This document shows positions 1 through 8,447 of a stretch of 43,325 nucleotides of DNA, piece after piece. Source of the stretch: an uncultured Mycoplasmatota bacterium (GTDB taxonomy: Bacteria > Bacillota_I > Bacilli_A > RF39 > UBA660); assembly GCA_948432605.1 (NCBI GenBank), contig CAOJCV010000002.1:1-43325 (forward strand), written 5' to 3'. A program made the translations under genes and the position numbers. The notes below the pieces were generated by a model. It was not told the DNA's origin. It ran no database searches and saw only the letters and a list, made by a program, of their open reading frames with translations. Position 1 is the first letter of the stretch, and every line of letters begins with the position of its first letter.

Positions 1-2
1 AA

Positions 3-1148
3 GAAAAAACATTTGAATTAAGATTATGGATGGATGAGAATACCCCAACAGTGGATGATGCAATGAACGCAAATTATATGGGCAAGATTACCATAAATAG
101 TAGTTATGTAGCTTCACCAAATACAAAAAATATGATGGTAGCTATGGAAGTTCATGAAGAAAGTGATGGAATGAATAGAGGAGTTCTCCAAAATGATATT
201 TATACTCAAAATGGCAGATTTTCCATTTCAAAAGTTGTCTTTCAAGATCAAGTAAATCCAATAGAAAATCCAGAAGAAATAGTAGATTTTAGTGTATCGC
301 AAGATAGATCAGTGTTGGGGTATTACGTAAAAGATAATCTTGAAAGTGAATCTTCAACATATACATTATATATCCAAGCAGATGGAAAAATTAAAGTAAA
401 TCCTAAGGCTTCTTACTATGGGTTGGTCTGGTATGGTAATCTATGGAGTGGGCCATATCCAATCATAGAAGGATTAGAAAATTGGGATACCAGTTTGGTG
501 ACAGATATGAGTAATATGTTTTTTGGAGGTTCTTTTAAAGAATTAAATTTATCTCATTTTGACACCTCAAATGTAACTAATATGAGTGGTATGTTTCAAG
601 GTATAGAAAGTGAATGGGCCAGTATTGATGGTTTAACCAGCTTAGATATAAGTAACTTTGATACATCTAAAGTAACTAATATGAGTGGTATGTTTGGTAG
701 ACTGAGTAGCTTAACAAGCTTAAATGTAAGTAATTTTGACACATCAAAAGTAACCAATATGGGTGAAATGTTTTCAGGAATGAGTGGCTTAGCAAGTTTA
801 GATGTAAGCAACTTTGATACGAGAAATGTAACGAATATGAATTATATGTTTCATGGAATGAGAAGTTTAACGAGTTTAGACCTAAGCAATTTTGATACTA
901 CAAATGTAACGAATATGAGACATATGTTTAATGGAATGTACAGTTTAACGAATTTAAATCTAAGTAGTTTTGATACTTCAAATGCAACTGATATGCAGTC
1001 TATGTTTCAATACAATCGCAACTTAACAAACATAGTATATGGAAATAATTTTATCAAAAATTCTGAACTTAATATAAATTATATGTATAGTGACTGTCCA
1101 GCAAACAAACCAACTCATTCTTCTTGGGACGATGTTTCATGGGAGTAG
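3..1148 (+). CDS. DUF285 / BspA-like leucine-rich-repeat surface protein, 5'-truncated by the window edge
   Basis: The reading frame is open from nt 3 to the left edge, so the ATG at 30 is probably internal. The C-terminal half holds about 7 tandem 26-aa units of the form L(T/S)SL(D/N)xSNFDTSxVTNMxxMF. This is the signature of the DUF285 / bacterial surface protein 26-residue repeat family. Confidence 0.75.
   Translation, partial: EKTFELRLWMDENTPTVDDAMNANYMGKITINSSYVASPNTKNMMVAMEVHEESDGMNRGVLQNDIYTQNGRFSISKVVFQDQVNPIENPEEIVDFSVSQDRSVLGYYVKDNLESESSTYTLYIQADGKIKVNPKASYYGLVWYGNLWSGPYPIIEGLENWDTSLVTDMSNMFFGGSFKELNLSHFDTSNVTNMSGMFQGIESEWASIDGLTSLDISNFDTSKVTNMSGMFGRLSSLTSLNVSNFDTSKVTNMGEMFSGMSGLASLDVSNFDTRNVTNMNYMFHGMRSLTSLDLSNFDTTNVTNMRHMFNGMYSLTNLNLSSFDTSNATDMQSMFQYNRNLTNIVYGNNFIKNSELNINYMYSDCPANKPTHSSWDDVSWE
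481..1010 (+). repeat. Degenerate tandem ~78-bp (26-codon) coding repeats of the LRR protein
   Basis: The FDTSxVTNMxxMF units recur with a 26-aa period, from WDTSLVTDMSNMF to FDTSNATDMQSMF. The DNA copies have diverged while the amino-acid pattern is conserved. Confidence 0.7.
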
Positions 1149-1193
1149 TATGATTTCAGTAAAAAATTATCTTTTATTTGAAATATAGTTGTT

Positions 1194-1221
1194 AAAAAAT
1201 CCCTCTTTTGAGGATTTTTTT
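1194..1221 (+). terminator. Rho-independent terminator after the LRR gene
   Basis: The sequence AAAAATCC(C)TC-TTTT-GAGGATTTTTTT forms a hairpin with one bulge, followed by a T-run. Confidence 0.6.
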
Positions 1222-1246
1222 GATATACTTAAATAGAGGTGTAGTT

Positions 1247-1768
1247 ATGGATCAATTTCGACCTGATATCTATCAAAAAAGTATTTATGATATCAATTAT
1301 CAAAAATTAAAAGAAAATGGGATTTGTTGCTTAATCTTTGATTTAGATAATACCATTGCTTCTATAGATATTGAAGTTCCTGATAAAAGACTTCTTGAAT
1401 TTTTTTTGTATTTAGAAGATTTAGGATTTAAAACCATTATTTTGTCTAATGCAAGTAAAAAAAGAGTTGCTCCTTTTAAAGAGAAATGTAATATTGATTC
1501 TTCTTTTAAAGCTAAGAAACCTTTAAAAGGAAAATATTTGAAAATTTTAAATATTTATAATTATAAAGATACTGAAATAGCTTGTATTGGAGATCAATTG
1601 TTAACAGATATTTTCGGGGCAAATCGTATGGGTTTTACAAGTATTTTGGTTAATCCTATTAGTAAAAAGGAATCATTTGGAACAAAAATAAATCGTTGTG
1701 TTGAAAAAATGATTTTCAAAGGATTTCAAAAAAGGGGTATTTTTTTGAAAGGACATTATTATGAATAA
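1247..1768 (+). CDS. yqeG: YqeG-family HAD-IIIA phosphatase
   Basis: It has HAD motif I (FDLDNTI) and motif IV (IGDQLLTDI). Its small size and position directly upstream of yqeH match B. subtilis. I moved the start to ATG 1247 (GAGGTG RBS just upstream) because the track's TTG at 1208 lies inside the upstream terminator hairpin. Confidence 0.8.
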   Translation: MDQFRPDIYQKSIYDINYQKLKENGICCLIFDLDNTIASIDIEVPDKRLLEFFLYLEDLGFKTIILSNASKKRVAPFKEKCNIDSSFKAKKPLKGKYLKILNIYNYKDTEIACIGDQLLTDIFGANRMGFTSILVNPISKKESFGTKINRCVEKMIFKGFQKRGIFLKGHYYE

Positions 1769-2741
1769 GAAATGTGTTGGATGTGGGGTTCATTTACAAA
1801 CAGAGAATAAAAATAAAAAGGGATATACTGTGTCTTTAGATAAAGATTATTGTATGCGTTGTTTTCGTTGGAATCACTATAAAGATTTTTCCTTAGGTCA
1901 GGAATGTATTAAAAAAGAAGATATTATTTCTAAATTAAATCAAAATTCAGGCTTAACTTTTTTCTTTATCGATTTCTTAAATTTACATGAGGAAGCAATA
2001 AGAGATTATGAAAAAATTAAAAATCCTAAAATGTTAGTTATTACAAAATTAGATACAATTCCAAAAAGTATTTATTTAGAAAAAATTAGAATGTGGCTTA
2101 AAGATGTGTGGCAAATAGAAAAAGTTATTTTTTTAAAAAAGAATAGTAATACTAGTCAAAAGAAAATAGAAACATGTATTAGTGAAATGCGTGTTAAGAC
2201 TGTTTATTTTGCAGGAATTACCAACGCTGGAAAAAGTACTTTTTTAAATTCTTTTTTTCAAAATGCTAAATTAACTGTAAGTGAAATGCCAAATACTACT
2301 TTGGATTTTTTGAAAATGAAAATGGGAGATATTACAATATACGATACTCCAGGAATTCCTTATTCTCAGTTTGCTTTAGATCCTAAATTTATTCAAAAAG
2401 TAAATTTAGAAGGAGAAATGAAACCTAAAAATTATCCATTAAAAAAGGAAGCGAGTTTAGTTATTGAAGATAAGATAAGAATATCTTTTTCAATAGATAA
2501 TAATATTACTTTTTTTGGAAGTAATTATTTACAATTAAAAAAAATATATGAGAAAAATTTATCTTTGTTAAATTTGAATAAATTAGAGCTCTTTGTTAAG
2601 AATAATAGTAATTTATATATAAAAGGGTTAGGCTTTTTCTATATTAAGAAAGCTTCTAATGTAAATATATATGGAGTTTCTCAAGACCAGATTTCTGTTG
2701 TCTCTTCTTTCTTGGGGGAAAGTGAGTGGAAGTATGAATAG
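1761..2741 (+). CDS. yqeH: YqeH circularly permuted ribosome-biogenesis GTPase
   Basis: The N-terminus has Cys pairs (CVGCG ... CMRC). The GTPase motifs run in permuted order: G4 (TKLD), G1 (GITNAGKST), G3 (DTPG). It overlaps yqeG by 8 nt. Confidence 0.85.
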   Translation: MNKKCVGCGVHLQTENKNKKGYTVSLDKDYCMRCFRWNHYKDFSLGQECIKKEDIISKLNQNSGLTFFFIDFLNLHEEAIRDYEKIKNPKMLVITKLDTIPKSIYLEKIRMWLKDVWQIEKVIFLKKNSNTSQKKIETCISEMRVKTVYFAGITNAGKSTFLNSFFQNAKLTVSEMPNTTLDFLKMKMGDITIYDTPGIPYSQFALDPKFIQKVNLEGEMKPKNYPLKKEASLVIEDKIRISFSIDNNITFFGSNYLQLKKIYEKNLSLLNLNKLELFVKNNSNLYIKGLGFFYIKKASNVNIYGVSQDQISVVSSFLGESEWKYE

Positions 2742-4485
2742 AATTCGCGTTATGGATGAAAATCTTGCTAATAAAATTGCAGCTGGTGAGGTTGTAGAAA
2801 AGTGTTCTTCTATTGTTAAAGAACTATGTGAAAATAGTATTGATGCAAAGGCTAAAACGATACTTATTAATCTTTTGGAAGGTGGAAAAAAACTTATTGA
2901 GGTTATAGATGATGGAATTGGAATGAATAGTGATGATGCAAGTCTTGCTTTTCAACGTCATGCTACTAGTAAAATATATAAAGATGACGATTTATTTTTT
3001 ATAGATACTTTAGGATTTCGAGGAGAAGCTCTTCCATCCATTGCAAGTGTTTCAAGAGTTGAATTAAAGACCAGTGATGGTAATGTTGGTACTCACATAG
3101 TGATTGAGGGTGGAAAAAGATTACTTGAAGAGAAAAGTGATGCAAGAAAAGGTACAATGATTAAAGTAACAAATCTTTTTTATAATACTCCAGCAAGGCT
3201 TAAGTATTTAAAAAGTGATGCATCTGAACTTGCAAATTGTGTTTCGCTTGTTGAACGTTTGGCTCTTTCTCATCCTGATATTTCTTTTACCTTAAATCAT
3301 GATGATCATTTTGTTGTTAAAACAAGTGGAAGTAATGATTTATTAAAAACAATTCATGAAATATATGGTGTTTCAGTTTCTTCTAAAATGATTGAAATAA
3401 AAAATTCTTGTGATGATTTTGATATTTATGGATATATTTGTAAGCCAGAAATTTTAAAAAGTAATCGCAATCATATGATTGTCTTTGTAAATGAAAGGGT
3501 AGTAAAAAATTTTGAAATAAATAAGGCGATTAATGATGCTTATTATACATATAAACCTGATATTAAATATCCTATTGTTATTTTAAAAATAAATACTGAT
3601 CCAACTTTGATTGATGTAAATATACATCCGACAAAGCAAGATATTAAAATGGGAAAAATGGATGTTTTAACAGATTTGATTTTAAATACTTTAAAAGATG
3701 CTTTATATAAAACTTTATTAATTCCAAATGCGGCAGAACGTATTCCTGTATCTAATCCAATTCAAAAAAAAATTTTGGAAAGTGTAGTTAAAGAAAGTGA
3801 TGAAGAGTATTCTATTACTACTCAAACTACTTTTGATTTTGCAAATAGTGAACTTGAGGAATCTGTAGAAGATGTGATTGCTGTAAATCCGGAAATGAAA
3901 AAATTAAAGCTTTATCCAGTTGGAGTAGCACATGGGACATATATAATTGCTGAGAATGAAACAGGTGTATTTTTGATTGATCAACACGCTGCTCAAGAAA
4001 GGATTAATTATGAACGAAATATGAAAGCTTTGAAAGAGAAAAAAGTTGCTACTACAGAGCTTTTGTTTCCAATCACGATTGAACTATCTTCAAGCGATTA
4101 TTTAAAGTTAAAAGCTCAAGAAGATTTATTGCTAGAAATGGGTTTTGGAATAGAAGAGTTTGGAGTAAATACTTTTGTTTTTAAACATCATCCTACATGG
4201 TTATTGGAAGGGCATGAGGAAGAAAGTATTCGAAGAATTATTGATTTAATAGTTGGAGGATTATCTGGTTTTGATCGTGTAAAATTTAATGAATCGATTG
4301 CCATTACTTTGTCTTGTAAAATGAGTATTAAAGCGAATATGCATATTTCTCATGAAGCACAGGAAGAATTGTTAAATGAACTTTGTTTATGTGATAATCC
4401 ATATAATTGTCCTCATGGAAGACCTACGATTATAAAGTTTACAATTTATGATTTAGAACGAATGTTTAAAAGAAGTATGAATTAA
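2734..4485 (+). CDS. mutL: DNA mismatch repair protein MutL
   Basis: It has a GHKL ATPase N-terminus (IAAGEVVE, ELCENSIDA, DDGIGM), a C-terminal domain with DQHAAQERI, and the terminal CPHGRP motif. I chose the start MNRIRVMDENLANKIAAGEVV at 2734, and this ATG overlaps the yqeH stop (ATGAATAG). Confidence 0.95.
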   Translation: MNRIRVMDENLANKIAAGEVVEKCSSIVKELCENSIDAKAKTILINLLEGGKKLIEVIDDGIGMNSDDASLAFQRHATSKIYKDDDLFFIDTLGFRGEALPSIASVSRVELKTSDGNVGTHIVIEGGKRLLEEKSDARKGTMIKVTNLFYNTPARLKYLKSDASELANCVSLVERLALSHPDISFTLNHDDHFVVKTSGSNDLLKTIHEIYGVSVSSKMIEIKNSCDDFDIYGYICKPEILKSNRNHMIVFVNERVVKNFEINKAINDAYYTYKPDIKYPIVILKINTDPTLIDVNIHPTKQDIKMGKMDVLTDLILNTLKDALYKTLLIPNAAERIPVSNPIQKKILESVVKESDEEYSITTQTTFDFANSELEESVEDVIAVNPEMKKLKLYPVGVAHGTYIIAENETGVFLIDQHAAQERINYERNMKALKEKKVATTELLFPITIELSSSDYLKLKAQEDLLLEMGFGIEEFGVNTFVFKHHPTWLLEGHEEESIRRIIDLIVGGLSGFDRVKFNESIAITLSCKMSIKANMHISHEAQEELLNELCLCDNPYNCPHGRPTIIKFTIYDLERMFKRSMN

Positions 4486-4521
4486 TTTAAATTTTTTATT
4501 GTATTTAAAAAGGAGATAACT

Positions 4522-5379
4522 ATGATTTTAGCTATTGTAGGACCAACAGGAGTTGGCAAAACGAAATTAAGCATTGAACTTGCTAAAAAGTATAATGCAA
4601 TTATTTTAAATTGTGATGCTATGCAAGTATATAATTCTTTGAATATAGGAACGGCTAAAGTAAAAGAAGAAGAGAAAGAAGGAATTCCTCATTTTCTTTT
4701 TGATATAGCACCTGTAACTCAAAATTATACTGTTTTTGATTATCAAAAAGACGTTAGAAAACTTTTAGATAAGTATTATGATAGAAATATTATCTTTGTT
4801 GGTGGAACTGGACTTTATTTGAAAGCTGCTCTTTATGATTATCATTTTGAGGAAGAAAATAATTATTTTGATTATTCAAATTTTTCAAATGAACAACTTT
4901 ATAAAGAGTGTTTAATAAAAGATCCTAATTGCTCTATTCATATGAATAACAGGAGACGATTGATAAGATTTTTAATGAGAAAAAATTATAGTGATGAGGC
5001 ACCTAAATCTTTATATGATGCTATTATCATAGGACTTACTACAGAAAGAGAAAACCTTTATTCTATTATTAATCAAAGAGTTGATCAAATGGTTTTAGAT
5101 GGCTTGGAAAATGAAGTGAGAGCATTTTATGATAATCATATTGAAAGTAAGGCTTTGAAAACAGCTATTGGGTATAAAGAGTTTTATGAATATTTTGGAC
5201 AACTTATTTCGTATGAGGAATGTATTGATAAAATAAAGAAAAATTCTAGGCACTATGCAAAACGGCAATATACTTTTTTTCGGCATCAGTTACCTGTTGA
5301 GTGGTTTTCTGTTAATTATGCAGATTTTAATGAAACAATTGATAAAGTTATAAATTATATTGAAAATAAAAATTACTAA
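4522..5379 (+). CDS. miaA: tRNA dimethylallyltransferase MiaA
   Basis: It has the P-loop GPTGVGKT at the N-terminus, LNIGTAK, and GGTGLY. It sits directly after mutL, as in the canonical mutL-miaA arrangement. GGAG RBS. Confidence 0.9.
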   Translation: MILAIVGPTGVGKTKLSIELAKKYNAIILNCDAMQVYNSLNIGTAKVKEEEKEGIPHFLFDIAPVTQNYTVFDYQKDVRKLLDKYYDRNIIFVGGTGLYLKAALYDYHFEEENNYFDYSNFSNEQLYKECLIKDPNCSIHMNNRRRLIRFLMRKNYSDEAPKSLYDAIIIGLTTERENLYSIINQRVDQMVLDGLENEVRAFYDNHIESKALKTAIGYKEFYEYFGQLISYEECIDKIKKNSRHYAKRQYTFFRHQLPVEWFSVNYADFNETIDKVINYIENKNY

Positions 5380-5398
5380 TGGTTTTTTAGTAATTTTT
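5368..5398. terminator. Possible bidirectional AT-rich hairpin between convergent miaA and the transglutaminase-like gene
   Basis: AAAAATTACTA (5368-5378) pairs with TAGTAATTTTT (5388-5398) across a 9-nt loop. The stem has only one G:C pair, so the structure is weak. Both stop codons lie within it. Confidence 0.35.
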
Positions 5399-6358
5399 TT
5401 CTTTTAATTCTAAATAAATATTTTTTTTGAAATCATGTTCTGTAATTTTTACTTCTCCTTCTTCATCTATACTTTTTAGTTGTGATGTAGTAATTAAAAA
5501 GTATTTGTGTTGTAGATAGTCTTTTCCATCTTTACTTACTGGATCATCCCAGGTAAGGTCTAAGTGTAACCATTGATTGTCTATGTAAATGGCATTCCAT
5601 ACATGTCCAGCACTGTTACTGCCTTTTTCTGGGGTCATTGCTACTTTAAAATTAGGAATATTCAATTTAATTAAAAATAGGGCCATTGCATCTGTATATC
5701 CATTACAAGTAGCAAATCCTTCAAAAAGTGGGCCATATGCAATGTAAGAACGGTATTTTGAAGAATTTTCATTATTTCTTTCAATGTCGTATTTTGTTGT
5801 ATTTATAATATAATCATGAATTTTTTCTATTTTTTCTCTTGTATTCATTGTGTCATTTAAAATTTCTTGGGCAATTTCATCTACTTTTTTATTAATTTGT
5901 TTTATTTCTTCTTCTTTGTAAAAATAATCAACTGTGATGGTAATACTTCCATTTTCACTTATTACTGTTCGTACATTTGAAAAGCCATTAAAGGGATGAA
6001 CGAAATTATTTAAATGGGTTAATAGATCTTGATTTTGACTAAATTCTTTTACATCATTTAAGCAGTTCACATATTCATTTGGGCAATAAAATGTAAATTT
6101 TTTCCAACCATTATTTACAATTGTATAAAATATGTTCATAATATCTTGTTTACTTAAAGGAACAAAATTTTCTGTTTGTTTTACAAATAAAAATGTTTCT
6201 TTTTTGGAATAATCATTTTTTGGTTCGATCACAATATCAGGCTCTTTTTTTATTAAATGTACTATTTGATCTGTTATTTTGTCCATATTAAAAAATAGAA
6301 ATACTAAAAAAAGAAAACAAGATAATGGGATAAAAATTTGTTTTATGATTTTTTTCAT
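5387..6358 (-). CDS. Membrane-anchored transglutaminase-like (papain-fold Cys-His-Asp) protein
   Basis: An N-terminal hydrophobic anchor (IFIPLSCFLFLVFLFF) is present. A C-terminal triad pattern follows: ATCNGYTDAMALF (Cys), AGHVWNAIY (His), HLDLTWDDP (Asp). The start could be ATG 6358 or 6364. I preferred 6358 for its spacing from AGG. Confidence 0.7.
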   Translation of the reverse strand: MKKIIKQIFIPLSCFLFLVFLFFNMDKITDQIVHLIKKEPDIVIEPKNDYSKKETFLFVKQTENFVPLSKQDIMNIFYTIVNNGWKKFTFYCPNEYVNCLNDVKEFSQNQDLLTHLNNFVHPFNGFSNVRTVISENGSITITVDYFYKEEEIKQINKKVDEIAQEILNDTMNTREKIEKIHDYIINTTKYDIERNNENSSKYRSYIAYGPLFEGFATCNGYTDAMALFLIKLNIPNFKVAMTPEKGSNSAGHVWNAIYIDNQWLHLDLTWDDPVSKDGKDYLQHKYFLITTSQLKSIDEEGEVKITEHDFKKNIYLELKEKNY

Positions 6359-6412
6359 AGACATCAACCTAAAAATATTTTATCAAAGAACAATCTTAAG
6401 AGCAATCTATTC

Positions 6413-6441
6413 TTTACAATTCGACAATATAAGTGTAGAAT
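6413..6441 (+). promoter_or_regulatory. SigA-type promoter for the amidoligase-like gene
   Basis: TTTACA (6413-6418), a 17-nt spacer, then TAGAAT (6436-6441), 19 nt before the ATG at 6460. Confidence 0.45.
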
Positions 6442-6459
6442 TGAGTCTTAGGTGGTAAT

Positions 6460-7185
6460 ATGACATACGGTTATGAATTAGAATTTTTAAGGGCTTCTTT
6501 AAAATCTTTGGCAGAAAAGTATCATATAAAATATTATGATTTATCATCTTCTTTAGATTATAAAGATTTTGCCTTGAAGAGTGAGTGTAATATTACAGAA
6601 TTTGGATGTGGTGGAGAACTTATTTCGCCAATCTATAATGATAAAAATGTAGAAATTTGTAAAAAGGAATTAAAAGAAAAATTGTATATTTTGAAATCAG
6701 AAAAAGCTTATATAAAGAAAAATTCTGAAAAGACTGGTTTTCATATTCATATAGGAACGGATATTTTTGAAGATGATTGGGAAAGAAAGATTTATTTTTT
6801 TAAATTTTTAAAAGCTTTTCAAAATGAAATTTTTGATTTTGCAAAAGGGGAAGAAGAACAACTTCGATCTTGTGCATCAATATGTGCAGGAAGGCTTACT
6901 AAAAATATAGTGGAAGAAATTATAAAAAAAGGAATATATAATATAACTATATTGTCGAAGTTTTATTGTGTTCGATTTAGTAAGTATAATACAGTTGAAC
7001 TTAGATATTTTAATGCTAGTTTACAATATGATATTTTAGTAAGTTATCTTTTATTTGTTCTACGATTAGGTAGTATTTGGAAAAATAAGCAATACGATAA
7101 AGAAGTAATTGATTTCTTTTATAAAAAAGAGGATCAAAAAATTTCAAAAAAACGAATTCTTGTTTTAAAAGATATGTTTTGCTAA
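6460..7185 (+). CDS. Putative amidoligase (Amidoligase_2 / GCS2-glutamine-synthetase-like carboxylate-amine ligase fold)
   Basis: The ordered motif set matches the family as I remember it: YGYELEF at the N-terminus, GGELISPIY, TGFHIHIG, and TVELRYFNAS near the C-terminus. There is no signal peptide. GGTGG RBS. Confidence 0.55.
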   Translation: MTYGYELEFLRASLKSLAEKYHIKYYDLSSSLDYKDFALKSECNITEFGCGGELISPIYNDKNVEICKKELKEKLYILKSEKAYIKKNSEKTGFHIHIGTDIFEDDWERKIYFFKFLKAFQNEIFDFAKGEEEQLRSCASICAGRLTKNIVEEIIKKGIYNITILSKFYCVRFSKYNTVELRYFNASLQYDILVSYLLFVLRLGSIWKNKQYDKEVIDFFYKKEDQKISKKRILVLKDMFC

Positions 7186-7221
7186 TGAGTATTGTTCATT
7201 TGAAAATAAAAAAAACAGCTT

Positions 7222-7485
7222 TTAAGCCATTTCTTTTACTTTTTGAGAAAGTCTAGATTTTTGACGATCTCTTGTATTTTTCTTAATTAAACCTTTGCTT
7301 GCAGCACGATCAATATATTTTTGAGTATCAGCAAGGAGTCTTGAAGCATTTTCTTTTTCTCCAGCAGCAATAGCTTTATCACATTCACGAATGCAGTTTT
7401 TTACACGAGCTTTTAATTCATGAAAATTTTCAGTTTTCTTTGCAATTACTTTAATCGCTTTTTTAGAACTCTTAATGTTAGCCAT
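7222..7485 (-). CDS. rpsT: 30S ribosomal protein bS20
   Basis: MANIKSSKKAIKV... is a basic 87-aa protein typical of S20. AGGAG RBS. The track's longer ORF (to 7581) is an upstream in-frame extension. Confidence 0.95.
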   Translation of the reverse strand: MANIKSSKKAIKVIAKKTENFHELKARVKNCIRECDKAIAAGEKENASRLLADTQKYIDRAASKGLIKKNTRDRQKSRLSQKVKEMA

Positions 7486-7517
7486 ACATAATCTCCTTTC
7501 TTCATAAGTCATGTATA

Positions 7518-7546
7518 ATTTTATCAGAAACCTTATTAGAATACAA
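7518..7546 (-). promoter_or_regulatory. SigA-type promoter for rpsT
   Basis: On the minus strand: TTGTAT (7546-7541), a 17-nt spacer, then TGaTAAAAT (-10 hexamer at 7523-7518). Confidence 0.45.
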
Positions 7547-7574
7547 GTAAAACTAGTTGATTTTTCTCTAAAAT

Positions 7575-7603
7575 TTGACAAAATGCATACTTTTTGGTAG
7601 GAT
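7575..7603 (+). promoter_or_regulatory. SigA-type promoter for the tandem paralog pair
   Basis: TTGACA (7575-7580), a 17-nt spacer, then TGgTAGGAT (-10 hexamer at 7598-7603). Confidence 0.5.
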
Positions 7604-7626
7604 ACATTCTATAAATGGGGGTAATT

Positions 7627-8442
7627 ATGACAAATGTTGATTTTAAAAATATTACAAAAGATTGGCTTGATTTTGGATCATTAGATTCAAATGTTAAAAA
7701 ATTTGATGATCTTGTAATTCCAAGAAGATATTCGATGGAAATGCAACATGGCTTCTTTTTTCAAAAAGATAATATTTTATATCATTTTAAAGTTTTGAAT
7801 TTAAAAAAGTATTATATACGCGAATTGTTAGGCGAGCTTGTATCAGAAAGCCTTTCTATTCCGACAATTAAATGCAATTTAGCTAGGATCAAAATGAATA
7901 ATAAGGATTTTTTTGGTTTAGTATCTGAATGGGCAAGAAATCCTTCTTATAGTTATTTTTCTATAGAAAAGTTTCGTTCACAGTTAGATGTGTCTAAGAA
8001 TCCATTAAAAATATTAGACGTTTTAGAAGATAACTATCCTAATTCTATTATCAATCAAGAATTTAGAAATTTTTTGGCTAGAGATTATTTTGCTCATGAA
8101 TTAGATCGCAAGGAGGATGAAATTACATTTCAATCAAAAAATCAAGAAGTTAGTTTTGGATATCTTTGTGATTATGAATTTGAATTTTATAAAATAAATC
8201 AACTGATTGGTATTGAAAATTATTATAAAATGGATTTAGAAAATGAAAGTATAAAAAGAAGAGTTTTAAGTGATGATCGTTTAATGGAATCTTTTCGCAA
8301 AGTATTAAAAATTAATTTTTTGAATTTATTAGAACAATTAGAAACTCAGAAAAAAATAAATATTACAAAGGAGGAAAAAGATAATTTATTAGAATTTCAA
8401 TTAAATAGTCAAAAAGAAATTCGAAGAGTGTTGTCTTTATAA
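7627..8442 (+). CDS. Hypothetical protein, paralog 1 of a tandem pair; possible HipA/PI3-4K-like atypical kinase fold
   Basis: It shares ordered blocks with the next ORF: LY(H/Y)FK(V/I), ELLGEL(V/A)S, a (F/W)AR block, an RD(Y/F)F block followed by xDRxxxE, FGYLCDYE(F/A)EF, and LEQL. I preferred the start at ATG 7627 (GGGGG RBS) over 7615, which would lie only about 10 nt from the -10 element. Confidence 0.7.
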   Translation: MTNVDFKNITKDWLDFGSLDSNVKKFDDLVIPRRYSMEMQHGFFFQKDNILYHFKVLNLKKYYIRELLGELVSESLSIPTIKCNLARIKMNNKDFFGLVSEWARNPSYSYFSIEKFRSQLDVSKNPLKILDVLEDNYPNSIINQEFRNFLARDYFAHELDRKEDEITFQSKNQEVSFGYLCDYEFEFYKINQLIGIENYYKMDLENESIKRRVLSDDRLMESFRKVLKINFLNLLEQLETQKKINITKEEKDNLLEFQLNSQKEIRRVLSL

Positions 8443-8447
8443 AAATT

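Noticed and set aside
5387-7185. The divergent transglutaminase-like and amidoligase genes as one ligase/peptidase conjugation system.
   Set aside because: The transglutaminase-like protein has an N-terminal membrane anchor and is predicted to be extracytoplasmic, while the amidoligase has no export signal. The two are divergently transcribed from separate promoters. I kept this only as a remark under the amidoligase finding.
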